From an uncultured delta proteobacterium (GTDB lineage Bacteria; Myxococcota_A; Polyangia; Polyangiales; Polyangiaceae): DNA of 64,000 nt. The notes under the pieces were generated by a model. It saw nothing but the letters and a program-made list of their open reading frames with translations. It searched no databases and was not told where the DNA came from. Positions 14,097 to 24,189 of this stretch are shown piece by piece; position 1 is the first letter of the stretch; every line of letters starts with the position of its first letter. Made by a program: the position numbers and the translations under genes. Location: NCBI GenBank assembly GCA_963841435.1, contig CAWJCS010000004.1, positions 672,001-736,000 on the forward strand. Reading direction: 5' to 3'.

Positions 14097-15230
14097 GTGC
14101 AGGTCGCTCACCGGGTCGCGTTCATCACCTTCGTCTGGCTTTGCTCGGCGGGGTCGCCGTCCGCGTGGGCTGCCGAGCCCGGCACCTCCGAACGGGCCGC
14201 GCCCGCGCCCGCCGCGACGGAGCCGGCGGCCGGCGCGGCGCCGCGCTGGCACGACTCGACGCTGGCGCTCCAGCAGCGTGCCACGGCGCAGACGTTTGGC
14301 GTCGGGCCCGACTACCAGAGCTCCGACCCCTACTACGACTTTCAAATCTACGTCCGGCCTCGCTACTACCTCACGGAGGGAGACCCGCTCACGATCAGCC
14401 TGCGCGCGCAGCTGCTCGCCGCCTACGAGGCGACCAACAGCGACGTGACGACGCGGCGGGGCGAGCTCTTGCTCGAGGACACGCTCGTAAGCCCCGTCTT
14501 CGGGTGGAAGCTCGACGATCGAGGCGACCAATACACGAACCTCGAGCTCGGGTTGCCGCGACTGGTGATTCCCACCGCCAAGGCAAGCTACTTGAGCGGC
14601 AAGATCCTCGGTGTCGGTGTGCGGCTGTTCGCCGACCAGGGGCTCGAGCTGCGAAAGGGCAGAAAGTTCTTGGCGAAGGGGCACGTCGCCGCCCGCATCG
14701 GCTACCAGTACGACTTCGTTCGCTACAACGTGCCCGACAGGTCGACGATCGCGCGACTCCGCACGGATCTCGCCGGTCACGTCGCGAGCAACGACCAGCT
14801 GTCCGGCGCCGCCTTCGCCGACCACAGCGGCACGCTGCACGGCATCGCCGGCGCGGATCTGTATCGCGACCGCCTGGCGCTCGAGCTCGAGGCCGGGCTC
14901 GACCCGATGCACAAGCGTGTGCTCGCGGAGCAAGCCGTTTGCAACCTACCGACCGGCTGCGTCCTTCCGCGACGCATCGACGACGCGCGTCGCTGGGTGA
15001 TGACCACGTTCTTCGACGTGCACCTCGAGGGCTCGCTGCTCGACGACATGCTCACGCTCAGCCTCGGGTACGAGCACATCACGGGTCAGCTCGGCCCTGA
15101 CGGGCGTCGGCGCAGCCTGTTTTACGGACCCGATGCGAAGTTTTATCTGGCCGCGGACCTCGTGCTCGACAAGCTCTACGGCTCGCTCGCGGGCAAACCC
15201 GCGCCGAGCGCGGTCGCGCTCGCACGCTGA
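14097..15230 (+). CDS. secreted hypothetical protein, possible outer-membrane beta-barrel
   Basis: Signal peptide ending AWA; alternating amphipathic strands rich in Y/F; GTG start inferred within ORF 13692-15230. Confidence 0.6.
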   Translation: MQVAHRVAFITFVWLCSAGSPSAWAAEPGTSERAAPAPAATEPAAGAAPRWHDSTLALQQRATAQTFGVGPDYQSSDPYYDFQIYVRPRYYLTEGDPLTISLRAQLLAAYEATNSDVTTRRGELLLEDTLVSPVFGWKLDDRGDQYTNLELGLPRLVIPTAKASYLSGKILGVGVRLFADQGLELRKGRKFLAKGHVAARIGYQYDFVRYNVPDRSTIARLRTDLAGHVASNDQLSGAAFADHSGTLHGIAGADLYRDRLALELEAGLDPMHKRVLAEQAVCNLPTGCVLPRRIDDARRWVMTTFFDVHLEGSLLDDMLTLSLGYEHITGQLGPDGRRRSLFYGPDAKFYLAADLVLDKLYGSLAGKPAPSAVALAR

Positions 15231-15255
15231 GGGGGAGAAAACCCAGGGCGCCGCT

Positions 15256-16779
15256 TCAGTGGCCGCCGGAGCCGTGCACCTCGAGCTCGGGGCGACCGGG
15301 CTCGGGCCAGTCCGTATGGAAGAACGCGCCGCGTGGACGATCGGTGCGCTCGTACGTGTGCGCGCCGAAGTAGTCGCGCTGAGCCTGTAAGAGGTTGGCG
15401 GGGAGCTTCGCGCTCCGATAGCCGTCGTAGTACGCGAGCGCGCTCATGAAAGCGGGCGCCGCGATGCCGTGCGTTGCAGCGAGCGCGACCACCTTGCGGA
15501 AGTTCGCCTGCCCGAGCTCGATCTGCCGCCTGAAATACGGGTCGAGCAGAAGGTTCACGAGGCCTGCGTCCTTGCGATACGCGTCCGTGATCTTTTGCAA
15601 GAAGCGGGCGCGAATGATGCACCCGCCGCGGAAGATCGCGGCGATCGTCGCGAAGTCGAGCTTCCAGTCGTATTCCTTTTGCGCCTCGCGCATGAGCTGG
15701 AAGCCCTGCGCGTACGCACAGATCTTCGAGCAATACAGCGCGTCGCGCACGGCGCCGACGAGCGCGGCGCGGTCTTCCGTGAGCGACGGCGCCTTGGGCC
15801 CTTGGAGCACGGCGCTCGCCGCCACGCGCTCTTCCTTGAGGGCGCTCAGGCAGCGCGCGAACACGGCCTCGGCGATGGCGTTTGCGGGAATGCCCATGTC
15901 GAGCGCGTTGACGCTCGTCCACTTGCCGGTGCCCTTCTGGCCGGCGGCATCGAGCACGTAGTCGACGAGGAACGCTTCAGGGTGCGACGGATCGCGCTGT
16001 CGCAGGATGTCGGCGGTGATCTGGATGAGGTACGAGTCGAGCTCGCCTTCGTTCCAGCCTGCGAACACGTCGGCGAGCTCGTCCGGTCGCATGCCGAGGA
16101 GCTGGCGCAGGATCGAGTACGCCTCGCCGATGAGCTGCATGTCGATGTACTCGATGCCGTTGTGCACCATCTTCACGTAGTGCCCGGCCCCGTTCGGTCC
16201 GAGGTAGGCGGTGCATGGCTCGCCCCCCGTCACCGGCTTGCCGGGTGCGTACGTTTCGATGGGTTTGCCGGTCGCCGGGTCGACCTTGGCCGCCACGGCC
16301 CGCCAGATGGGCTCGAGGTGTTGCCAGGACGCGGGGTCGCCGCCGGGCATCAGCGAAGGACCGAAGCGCGCGCCCACCTCGCCACCCGACACGCCCGAGC
16401 CGAAGAATTTGCACGCGGACTGGTACTCCTTCTCGCGCCGGATCGTGTCCGTCCACAGGCTGTTGCCGCAGTCGACGACGATGTCGTCCGGCGCGATGCC
16501 CGAGTCGATGAGCTCCTTGGCCACGGCGTCGACCGCCTTGCCGGCCTTCACCAAAATGATGAACTTGCGTGGGCGCTTCACGGCGCGCACCAGGTCGGCG
16601 GTTGTCGCACATCCGACGAGTCCGCCCGGAGTGCTCGGGTTCTCCGCGACGAACCCTTGCATGGTGGCGGTCGTGCGGTTGTAGACTGCTACCTTGAAAC
16701 CGTGGTCGGCGATGTTGAGGGCAAGGTTCTGCCCCATCACCGCCAGCCCAATGAGTCCGATGTCTGCCGTCGCGTCCAT
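15256..16779 (-). CDS. gnd: 6-phosphogluconate dehydrogenase, NADP-dependent, decarboxylating
   Basis: [52 protein letters not shown]. Confidence 0.97.
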   Translation of the reverse strand: MDATADIGLIGLAVMGQNLALNIADHGFKVAVYNRTTATMQGFVAENPSTPGGLVGCATTADLVRAVKRPRKFIILVKAGKAVDAVAKELIDSGIAPDDIVVDCGNSLWTDTIRREKEYQSACKFFGSGVSGGEVGARFGPSLMPGGDPASWQHLEPIWRAVAAKVDPATGKPIETYAPGKPVTGGEPCTAYLGPNGAGHYVKMVHNGIEYIDMQLIGEAYSILRQLLGMRPDELADVFAGWNEGELDSYLIQITADILRQRDPSHPEAFLVDYVLDAAGQKGTGKWTSVNALDMGIPANAIAEAVFARCLSALKEERVAASAVLQGPKAPSLTEDRAALVGAVRDALYCSKICAYAQGFQLMREAQKEYDWKLDFATIAAIFRGGCIIRARFLQKITDAYRKDAGLVNLLLDPYFRRQIELGQANFRKVVALAATHGIAAPAFMSALAYYDGYRSAKLPANLLQAQRDYFGAHTYERTDRPRGAFFHTDWPEPGRPELEVHGSGGH

Positions 16780-16878
16780 GATCGTATCTCGCTTCCCCGC
16801 CGTTAGTGCGAGGCCAGGCGACGGTCAAGCGCCGCCTCCTTTGGCACGCGCGACGTCCGCCAGGGGAAGCGCGCGCGG

Positions 16879-17898
16879 ATGGTGATGGGGGAGCTAGGAC
16901 CGGCTTCCCATCAAGGCGGTTCGCTGGTCGTCGCCGACGACGATCGACTGACGCGCGAGCTCGTCGCCACCATGTTGCGCGCGCGGGGCTACGAGGTCGA
17001 AACCGTGGCGGACGGTCAGGCGGCCGTGGAGCGCGTCGCGCGCGGCGGTGTGCACCTCGTTCTGCTCGACGTGCTCATGCCTCGTCTGGGGGGGCTCGAA
17101 GCGTGCCGCCTCTTGAAGAGCATGACGAGCGGCTCGTTCTTGCCCGTCGTGCTCCTCACGGTGAAGACCGACAGCGCGAGCCGCGTCGAGGGGCTGCGCA
17201 TCGGGGCCGACGACTACGTGTGCAAGCCGTTCGACGAGAGCGAGCTCGTCGCTCGCGTGGAGGCGATGCTGCGCATCAAGCGGCTCCACGATCACGTGGC
17301 GGAAGCGCGCGCGCGTCTCGAGCAGCTCAGCATTCACGACGACCTCACGGGTCTCTACAATTACCGGTACCTACATGCGCGGCTCGGGGAGGAATTCAAG
17401 CGCGCCGAGCGGCACCAGGAGCCGCTCGCCTGCCTGGCCATCGACATCGACCGGCTCCAGCTCTACAACGAGCTCGCGGGTCGCGAGCAGGGCGACCGGG
17501 TCTTGAGGCAAGTGGCCGACGCAATCCGGCGCGCTACGCGCGAGGGCGACGTCATCGCACGCTTCGGCGGTGACGAATTTCTGGTCGTGCTCCCGGGGCT
17601 GCACTTCGCGGGCGCAGCGGAAGTTGCCGAACGCATCTTCCGGGATGTCGGCGAGCGCCCCCTGCTGTCGGAAGCGGCGCTGAGCCATCCGATCAGCCTG
17701 TCGGTCGGCGTGTCGCTGTTTCCGAGCCGGGACATCCGCACGAAGGACGCGCTCCTGCGTGCCGCCGACGCCGCGCTCGGTGCGGCCAAGCGCGAAGGCG
17801 GGCGGCGCGTGTGCGTGCACCAGCAGGAGGGGCAGATCTACGTGCCCGTCAAGGATTCGGGGTTGATGCCGAGCTCCAGGGGGAAAGACGGGGGATGA
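16879..17898 (+). CDS. response regulator / diguanylate cyclase (REC + GGDEF)
   Basis: REC (VADDD, LLDVLMP, GADDYVCKPF) plus GGDEF domain (DDLTGLYN, ARFGGDEF with RxxD I-site REGD). Confidence 0.92.
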   Translation: MVMGELGPASHQGGSLVVADDDRLTRELVATMLRARGYEVETVADGQAAVERVARGGVHLVLLDVLMPRLGGLEACRLLKSMTSGSFLPVVLLTVKTDSASRVEGLRIGADDYVCKPFDESELVARVEAMLRIKRLHDHVAEARARLEQLSIHDDLTGLYNYRYLHARLGEEFKRAERHQEPLACLAIDIDRLQLYNELAGREQGDRVLRQVADAIRRATREGDVIARFGGDEFLVVLPGLHFAGAAEVAERIFRDVGERPLLSEAALSHPISLSVGVSLFPSRDIRTKDALLRAADAALGAAKREGGRRVCVHQQEGQIYVPVKDSGLMPSSRGKDGG

Positions 17899-19364
17899 AC
17901 GCCGAGCTCAGCATCCGCCCCGGCGAGCTCGGGGGCCCCACCGTCGAGGAGGCCCCGCCACGCGTGCTCGTGGTCGACGACGAGCGCGCGCTCAGACGCG
18001 CGTTGAGCCGGCTGTTGCAGGTGAAGGGCATGACGGTGGGCGTCGCGGAGGATGGCGCCAACGCCGTGGAGTTGCTCGAGAAGGAGACGTTCGACGTCGC
18101 CCTCGTCGACCTGATGATGCCGCGCATGGGCGGTCTCGAGCTCCTGTCGCACGTGCGTGAGCGCCACCCCGCCATGGAAGTGGTGCTCATGACGGCATTC
18201 GGTGACGTCGAGACCGCCGTGCAGGCCGTGCGGTCAGGCGCCTACCATTTCCTCACCAAGCCTTTCCGCTCCAACGACGAGGTGCTCCTCGCCGTGACCA
18301 AGGCGGCCGAGCATCGGCGGCTCGTCGACCACGCGGTGATGCTCGAGCGGCGTCTCGAGCGGATGCAGAAGTTCGGCGGGCTGATCGGCAATTCGCCCAA
18401 GATGCAGGAGGTCTACCGGCTCGCGCTCGGCGTGGCACCCACCGCGTCGACGGTGCTGATCCTCGGCGACAGCGGCACCGGCAAGGAGCTCACGGCGCGC
18501 GCGATCCACCAGCATTCGCAGCGCGCCGAAAAGCCTTTCGTCGCCGTCAACTGCTCCGCCATTCCCGTGGACCTCGTCGAGAGCGAGCTGTTCGGGCACC
18601 TGCGAGGCGCCTTCACGGGCGCGACGGCGAGTCGCCCCGGGCTGTTCGAGGTCGCCGACGGCGGAACCCTCTTTCTCGACGAGGTCGGTGACCTGCCGCC
18701 CCTCGCGCAGGTCAAGCTGCTGCGCGCGCTACAAGAGGGTGAAATCAAGCGCGTCGGAGCGAACGAGACCAAGACCGTCGATGTGCGCGTCATCGCCGCC
18801 ACGAACGTCGACCTCAAGGCGCGCATCCAGTCAGGCCGCTTCCGCGAGGACCTCTACTATCGGCTCAACGTCGTGCCGATCGCCCTCCCGCTGCTCAGGG
18901 AACGCCCCGAAGACATTCCACTGCTCGCTCAACATTTCTTGCGGCGCTACGCGGAGCGCTCGAATCGCCCCGTCCAATCGATCAGCGCGGCCACGCTAGA
19001 AGCTCTCAAGGGTCAGCGCTGGGACGGCAACGTGCGCGAGCTCGAAAACACGATCGAGCACGCCGTGGTGTTCTCGACCGGCGAGCGGCTCGAGGTTCGC
19101 GACTTGCCGCCGTCGATGGAGCAGACGCCGTCTGGGCGCATGACGCCCGTCAACGGGACGAGCGTCGCGGCGAGCTTCAAGGAGCTGCCATTTCGCACCG
19201 CGAAGGAGCGAGCGATGAAGGCTTTCGAGGGCGAGTACTTCCAGGCGCTGCTCGATGACTGCGAGGGCAACGTTTCGGAGGCCGCGCGGCGGGCCGGGCT
19301 CGACCGTTCGAACTTCCGCCGCGCCGCGCGTCGCGCCGGCATCAAGACGCGCGACGACGGGTGA
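17895..19364 (+). CDS. sigma-54-dependent response regulator (NtrC family)
   Basis: REC domain, GDSGTGKEL Walker A, GAFTGA, FLDEVG, FREDLYYRLNV, C-terminal HTH; ATGA overlap with upstream gene. Confidence 0.94.
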   Translation: MNAELSIRPGELGGPTVEEAPPRVLVVDDERALRRALSRLLQVKGMTVGVAEDGANAVELLEKETFDVALVDLMMPRMGGLELLSHVRERHPAMEVVLMTAFGDVETAVQAVRSGAYHFLTKPFRSNDEVLLAVTKAAEHRRLVDHAVMLERRLERMQKFGGLIGNSPKMQEVYRLALGVAPTASTVLILGDSGTGKELTARAIHQHSQRAEKPFVAVNCSAIPVDLVESELFGHLRGAFTGATASRPGLFEVADGGTLFLDEVGDLPPLAQVKLLRALQEGEIKRVGANETKTVDVRVIAATNVDLKARIQSGRFREDLYYRLNVVPIALPLLRERPEDIPLLAQHFLRRYAERSNRPVQSISAATLEALKGQRWDGNVRELENTIEHAVVFSTGERLEVRDLPPSMEQTPSGRMTPVNGTSVAASFKELPFRTAKERAMKAFEGEYFQALLDDCEGNVSEAARRAGLDRSNFRRAARRAGIKTRDDG

Positions 19365-19437
19365 GGGATCTCGAGGCCGCCGCCGTCAGCGCTGAGCCAC
19401 TCCGCGCACCCCGCGGGACATGCCTTTCGGAGCGCGC

Positions 19438-20586
19438 ATGAAATCGAGCCGGATCTCGTGGGGGTTTTTCGTGGCGGGACTGTGCGTCGGCGTGCCGGCC
19501 TGCGACGGAGGCGGTGACGGAGCGCCCGGCGTGGGTGGTAGCGCCGCGACCGGGCCGGGGGCGGGCGCGTCGGGAGCGGGCGCCTCCGGGGCGGGCGCCT
19601 CCGGGGCGGGCGCCACGGCCGGCGACGGAGGCGGCGTGGGCGGCGTGGGCGGCGCCGCAGGCGGCACGGCCGGTGCGAGCTCGGGCCTCGGGGGGGCGAG
19701 CGGCTCGTCGTCGGGAGGCTCCGCCGCAGGAGGCTCCGCCGCAGGAGGCTCCGCCGCAGGAGGCTCCGCCGGGGGACAGAGTGGGGCATCTGGAGCCGCC
19801 GTGGGCGGCGCCGGCGCGTCGGGTGGGGTCGCTGGCTCCGATGGGGGAGTGAGCGGCGCGGGGAGCGCTGGGGCGGGCCAGGGGGGCATGCCGGGCTCGG
19901 GGTGTGCGGGCGCCGACTATCTGATCTGCGAGGATTTCGAGAGCACGCCGCTCGGAGAGGTGCCGAGCGGCTGGACTCGACGGGGCAGTGAGGCTGCCGT
20001 CGCGGACGACGAGGCGCACGGCGGCGCGCACGCTCTCAAGCTCGGAGCGGTCGCTTCGGGCGAGCGGCGCATCGCTCGCGACGCGGGGCTGCTGGGAAGC
20101 GCGCACTACGGTCGTATCTTCTATCGAGTTCAGGCACCCGTACCGGACGCGTTCGTTCACTCGACGTTCGTCTCGCTCATGGGCGACGGCCCGACGAATG
20201 GCACGAGCGAGTATCGGCCCATCGATACCGTCAAGCAGGCCAAGGACACGCCGGACGTCGGCTCACGGCACAACTTCATCTACAACGTGCAGATCATCGG
20301 CGGCAGCGAGTTCGGCCGTGAAACGTCGTACGACTACCTCTTCGACGAAGCGTGGCACTGCGCCGAGTATCACATCGACGCCTCCAACCAGAGCTTCTCA
20401 CTCTCGTTCGACGGAGAGGAGGTGCTCGCCTTCGAAAATGGTGCCGGTCAGTACGACCGCACCGACATTCCGAGCTCGTTCGACGAGGTTCGCGTGGGCT
20501 TCAACAACTACCAGAGCGCGCCGCCGGGCTTCACGGTGTGGATCGACGACGTCGCGTTCGACGACCAGCCCATCGGCTGCAACTGA
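19438..20586 (+). CDS. lipoprotein with Gly-rich linker and Cip1/polysaccharide-lyase-like beta-sandwich domain
   Basis: Lipobox VPAC; LICEDFES...WHCAEY...VWIDDVAF..IGC pattern. Confidence 0.6.
   Translation: MKSSRISWGFFVAGLCVGVPACDGGGDGAPGVGGSAATGPGAGASGAGASGAGASGAGATAGDGGGVGGVGGAAGGTAGASSGLGGASGSSSGGSAAGGSAAGGSAAGGSAGGQSGASGAAVGGAGASGGVAGSDGGVSGAGSAGAGQGGMPGSGCAGADYLICEDFESTPLGEVPSGWTRRGSEAAVADDEAHGGAHALKLGAVASGERRIARDAGLLGSAHYGRIFYRVQAPVPDAFVHSTFVSLMGDGPTNGTSEYRPIDTVKQAKDTPDVGSRHNFIYNVQIIGGSEFGRETSYDYLFDEAWHCAEYHIDASNQSFSLSFDGEEVLAFENGAGQYDRTDIPSSFDEVRVGFNNYQSAPPGFTVWIDDVAFDDQPIGCN
19714..19771 (+). repeat. 15-bp tandem repeat GGAGGCTCCGCCGCA, about 3.8 copies (coding, GGSAA)
   Basis: Read directly in sequence; lies inside the linker of the 19438 CDS. 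Confidence 0.9.
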
Positions 20587-20661
20587 AAGGCGAAGCGTCG
20601 CTCTCCGCAGTCGCGTCGTCGTCCCGGGTGACGAACGCGGTGCCCCGATGCCGGAAAAGCC

Positions 20662-22383
20662 TCACGACGCGGCGCGCGCTTCGTGCTCGTCGAGACGCTT
20701 CTCGATGCTCGCTAGGGCGTTGCCGATCGACTCGTTGACGAGTTGGACGATCACGGGGAGCTGCCCCTTGAGCGCCTCGTAGTAGCGCTGGCGCTCCGTC
20801 GAGTGGATGATCGCAGGCGGGTAGCCGCCGCGCAGCAGAATGGCGTTCATCAGCAGACGGGCGACCTTGCCGCTGTCTTGCGGGAACGGGAACACCCGCA
20901 AAAGATCGTAGTGAACCCGGGCCGCGACGCGCAGCGGGCTCTTCATTTTTTTGGCTTCGGGCCCGTTCAGCCAATCCATGATCTGACGCACCCGGTAGGC
21001 GATCTTGTCGGGTGCCGCATACTCGTGGAAGTAGAGACGGTGCTGGGGGATGTCTTTGCGATACTTCACCGTCTTAACGTCGCCCTCTTCCGGGTGCAGC
21101 ATCACGTAGAGCTTCTTGACGACGTTGACATTGAGCGGGACGCGCCGTCGCTCGCCGAGGTCCCGCACGTAGGCGATGGCCTGGCGGTGGCGCCGGATCT
21201 CGTCGCACACGGGCTGCATGCTCGAGTCGGGCAGCGGTGTCGTACCCGGATCCATCGCCGCCGACAGCTCCTGGAACGTGTAGACGACGCCCTCGAGAGC
21301 GCTGTCGTGATGGATCCAGGACATCTCGAGCGTGCTCTCGTACTCCCGCTTCAGCGGTTCGCCGGCCCGGCCCAAGCGCTCGAGGATGCGCACGTAGCGC
21401 TGCTCGACGCCTTCCACGACGGGGGGCGCCGCGGGGGCGGGGGTCGGTCGCGGCTCGGCCGGCGGAGTCGGAATCGGGTGTGAGACTCCCGAACCGTGCT
21501 CGGCCGGTCGAACGCCGACGAGCCGGTGCTGTGTGCCTGGCTCCCCCTGGCGGCGCGTGGTGCCCGACTGGTTGGGAATGGCAGCGGGATCGTAGACGCG
21601 AGTGGTTCCGACGCGCAGGCCATCGACGCGCTGCGCGGCGCGTGTCGCGCGGGCCACCTTGCCCTCGCGAACGCGCCGAGCGGCTTCGCGCTCGGCGCGC
21701 AGCCGCTCGCGCTCGGCTTCCTTCGCCTTGCGGTACGCCTCGCGCTCGGCGTCACGTCGCGCGCGCTCCTCTTCCTTGGCGCGCCGAGCGGCTTCCTTTA
21801 CGGCCTCGCGCTCGGCCAGAACGCGGCGCTTCTCCGCTTCCTGCGCGGCCCGCTCGGCCGCCCGGCGCGCATCGGCCTCCTTCTTCTGGCGGGCGCGCTC
21901 GGCTTCGCGCTGTGCCTTCAGCTTCTTTTGCTCGCGGTCCTTCTGGGCGCGCTCGCGCTCACGCTCTTTCTGGGCCCGTGCTCGCTCGCGGTCCTTCTGG
22001 GCGCGCTCGCGCTCACGCTCTTTCTGGGCCCGCGCCCGCTCGCGCTGCTTTTCGGCCTGCTCGCGCTGACGCTCTTTCTGAGCGCGCGCTCGGTCGCGCT
22101 GCTTCTGGGCGGCCAGGCGGGCGCGGCTCGCCTGCTCGCGTGCGCGCTCCTTCTTCGCCTTTGCGGCGGCGCGCTTCCGGTCCGCCGCGCTCTTCGGCTT
22201 GGCGGGCCGGGCAGGCCGACGGCTGGGCCCCTTCTTGCGGGCCACGGCGCGCTTGGCGGGCCGCGCTGAGCGCGAAGGGGCACGCCCCGACTTCCTCGCT
22301 TGCGGGCGACGTTTCCCCTTGGACGAGCGCTTGGGCCGGCCCTTCGCGACTGTCTTTCTCGGCTTCTTGTTGCGGGCTGACAT
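20662..22383 (-). CDS. Fic-domain protein with basic K/R/A-rich and coiled-coil N-terminus (degenerate active site)
   Basis: IHHDSALEG helix, VFPFPQDSGKVARLLMN at the Fic motif position, GGYPPAII, RQRYYEAL; start may be 22413. Confidence 0.8.
   Translation of the reverse strand: MSARNKKPRKTVAKGRPKRSSKGKRRPQARKSGRAPSRSARPAKRAVARKKGPSRRPARPAKPKSAADRKRAAAKAKKERAREQASRARLAAQKQRDRARAQKERQREQAEKQRERARAQKERERERAQKDRERARAQKERERERAQKDREQKKLKAQREAERARQKKEADARRAAERAAQEAEKRRVLAEREAVKEAARRAKEEERARRDAEREAYRKAKEAERERLRAEREAARRVREGKVARATRAAQRVDGLRVGTTRVYDPAAIPNQSGTTRRQGEPGTQHRLVGVRPAEHGSGVSHPIPTPPAEPRPTPAPAAPPVVEGVEQRYVRILERLGRAGEPLKREYESTLEMSWIHHDSALEGVVYTFQELSAAMDPGTTPLPDSSMQPVCDEIRRHRQAIAYVRDLGERRRVPLNVNVVKKLYVMLHPEEGDVKTVKYRKDIPQHRLYFHEYAAPDKIAYRVRQIMDWLNGPEAKKMKSPLRVAARVHYDLLRVFPFPQDSGKVARLLMNAILLRGGYPPAIIHSTERQRYYEALKGQLPVIVQLVNESIGNALASIEKRLDEHEARAAS
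21930..22032. repeat. 54-bp-period direct repeat (49 bp identical, 2 copies), coding 18-aa coiled-coil unit
   Basis: 21930-21978 equals 21984-22032; encodes ARAQKERERERAQKDRE twice. Confidence 0.85.
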
Positions 22384-22598
22384 CGGCCAGGCGGGCGCCA
22401 CCAGGGGTGCCACGCATCAGCAAAATTACAATGATTTCAACGGCTTGGGTCAGGCCGGCCATTCGGATCGGTAGCGATCCGGGGCAGAACCGCCCAAAGT
22501 CCGAGCGCAAGCTAGTCGCGCGACACTCAAAAGGTCAAGGCAAAGCAGCAGCCGCGACTCGGTAGCAAGGCCTGCCCTACGCGCGCGAAAACCGCCGC

Positions 22599-23429
22599 TT
22601 AGCCAAAATATTCCGCGAAGATCTCGCTGTTTTTCAGGGTCGCCCCGCGCGCCGTCAGAACTTCTACGCCCGTCGGTGTCACGAGCACGGTGTGCTCGAA
22701 TTGCGCCGATAACGAGCCATCGGCGGTGACCGCGGTCCAATCGTCGTCGAGAACCTCGACCTCGTGGGATCCGACGTTGACCATCGGTTCTATCGTGAAA
22801 GTCATTCCAGGTTTGAGCCGGATGCCTTTTCCACGCTGACCGTAATGGGCGACCTTGGGCTCGTCGTGGAACTTGCGGCCGATGCCGTGGCCCACGAAGT
22901 CCTCGACGACGGAGCAGCCTTTGGCCTCCGCGAACTCCTGAATGGCAGCGCCGATGTCGCCGAGGCGCGCGCCGGGTCGCACCTCCTGGATGCCGAGCTC
23001 GAGGCAGCGGCGGGCCACCTCCGTCACGAGCTTTGCTTGGTCGCTCACGCGGCCGACGTAGAACGTCGCCGACGTGTCGCCGTGGAAGCCCTTGTAGATG
23101 TGCGTGATGTTGACGTTGACGATGTCACCTTCGCGCAGCATGCGAGGGCCGGGGATGCCATGGCACACGACCTCGTTCACCGAGGTGCAGATGCTCTTCG
23201 GGAACGGAGGGCTGTCACCGTTTCGGTAGCCGAGCGGCGCGGGCCGGGCGCCCTTCTTCAAAGTGTCCTCGTGGACGAACGCGTCGAGCTCGTCGGTGGT
23301 GACGCCGGGACGGACCAGCTCCGCGACCCGCACGAGCGAGTCGCCCGCGAGGCGTCCGACCTCGCGCATGGCGTCGATCTCCCGGGCAGTCTTGATCTCG
23401 ACCGAGCTGGTTCGAAAATGCAGGTCCAC
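22599..23429 (-). CDS. map: methionine aminopeptidase type I
   Basis: SICTSVNEVVCHGIP, HGDTS, GHGIG, TIEPM, SAQFEHT. Confidence 0.96.
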   Translation of the reverse strand: MDLHFRTSSVEIKTAREIDAMREVGRLAGDSLVRVAELVRPGVTTDELDAFVHEDTLKKGARPAPLGYRNGDSPPFPKSICTSVNEVVCHGIPGPRMLREGDIVNVNITHIYKGFHGDTSATFYVGRVSDQAKLVTEVARRCLELGIQEVRPGARLGDIGAAIQEFAEAKGCSVVEDFVGHGIGRKFHDEPKVAHYGQRGKGIRLKPGMTFTIEPMVNVGSHEVEVLDDDWTAVTADGSLSAQFEHTVLVTPTGVEVLTARGATLKNSEIFAEYFG

Positions 23430-23456
23430 GGCTGGTTCTTAGGTTACCGACGAATC

Positions 23457-24056
23457 TTACTTTAGCAAGCGGAGCGCGGTGTTGGTCTTGACAGCCTGTC
23501 GCACGGTGGGCGTGTCCGGCTCGGCGCGGAAGTGAATGGCCTCCCCGCCGGCCTCGTCCGCGCGAAACGACCTAGCGAACACGATCAGTCGGACGCCGGC
23601 AAAGCTGGCGCCCGCTCCCGCCACCCAGTTGTACGAAGGGCCGCTGACCGGGATGTCGAGCACGATGGGTCCGGCATGCTCCCCGACCAATGGGGCCTCG
23701 GTCGGTGCGAGCGTCAGCTCGTAGGAGCCCTGGTTTTCGACGCCCCCGACCCGGGTCAAGCTCTCGACCCGGGCCGGGATCACGAAGTCGGCCAGCCGGG
23801 TGCGGTCGCGCAGCTTTGGGTCGCGTGCAGGATCGCGCCCCTCGGGGTCGAAGCCGAACAAGGCCGGGGCGAGCACGTCGTCGAAGAGGAGGGCTTGCGA
23901 GGGTGAGTATTCGGGAAAGATGCGGCCCTGCGGGATTTCCGGGGCGCGTGCCGCGCACCCGACGGTCCCGCTCGCGAGGATCCACGCCAGCATCCCGACG
24001 AGGGCGCTGCTCCAAGGGCGTGTGCCGGGGCCGGTGGGCACGGTGCTCGACCGCAT
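23457..24056 (-). CDS. hypothetical lipoprotein
   Basis: Hydrophobic stretch ending TVGC; start inferred at ATG 24056; immediately upstream of map on same strand. Confidence 0.6.
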   Translation of the reverse strand: MRSSTVPTGPGTRPWSSALVGMLAWILASGTVGCAARAPEIPQGRIFPEYSPSQALLFDDVLAPALFGFDPEGRDPARDPKLRDRTRLADFVIPARVESLTRVGGVENQGSYELTLAPTEAPLVGEHAGPIVLDIPVSGPSYNWVAGAGASFAGVRLIVFARSFRADEAGGEAIHFRAEPDTPTVRQAVKTNTALRLLK

Positions 24057-24189
24057 ACCATGGCGTCGGCGGCAAAACGTTGAACATCTAGAGGGCTCTC
24101 TCCGTATAACGATCGGCCCGCTTGAGCGGGTGCAAAGCCCGGTGCTAGGTTGCCCGAGCCCTTTCCGCTCGGATGTAGGAGGAAATTTC

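Noticed and set aside
16842-16857. Sigma-54 promoter before the GGDEF gene
   Set aside because: TGGCACG is present but the -12 position reads GT, not GC.
19714-19771. Short tandem repeats (also 21930-22032 and 57516-57574) as a CRISPR array
   Set aside because: They are in-frame coding repeats without unique spacers, and no cas genes are present.
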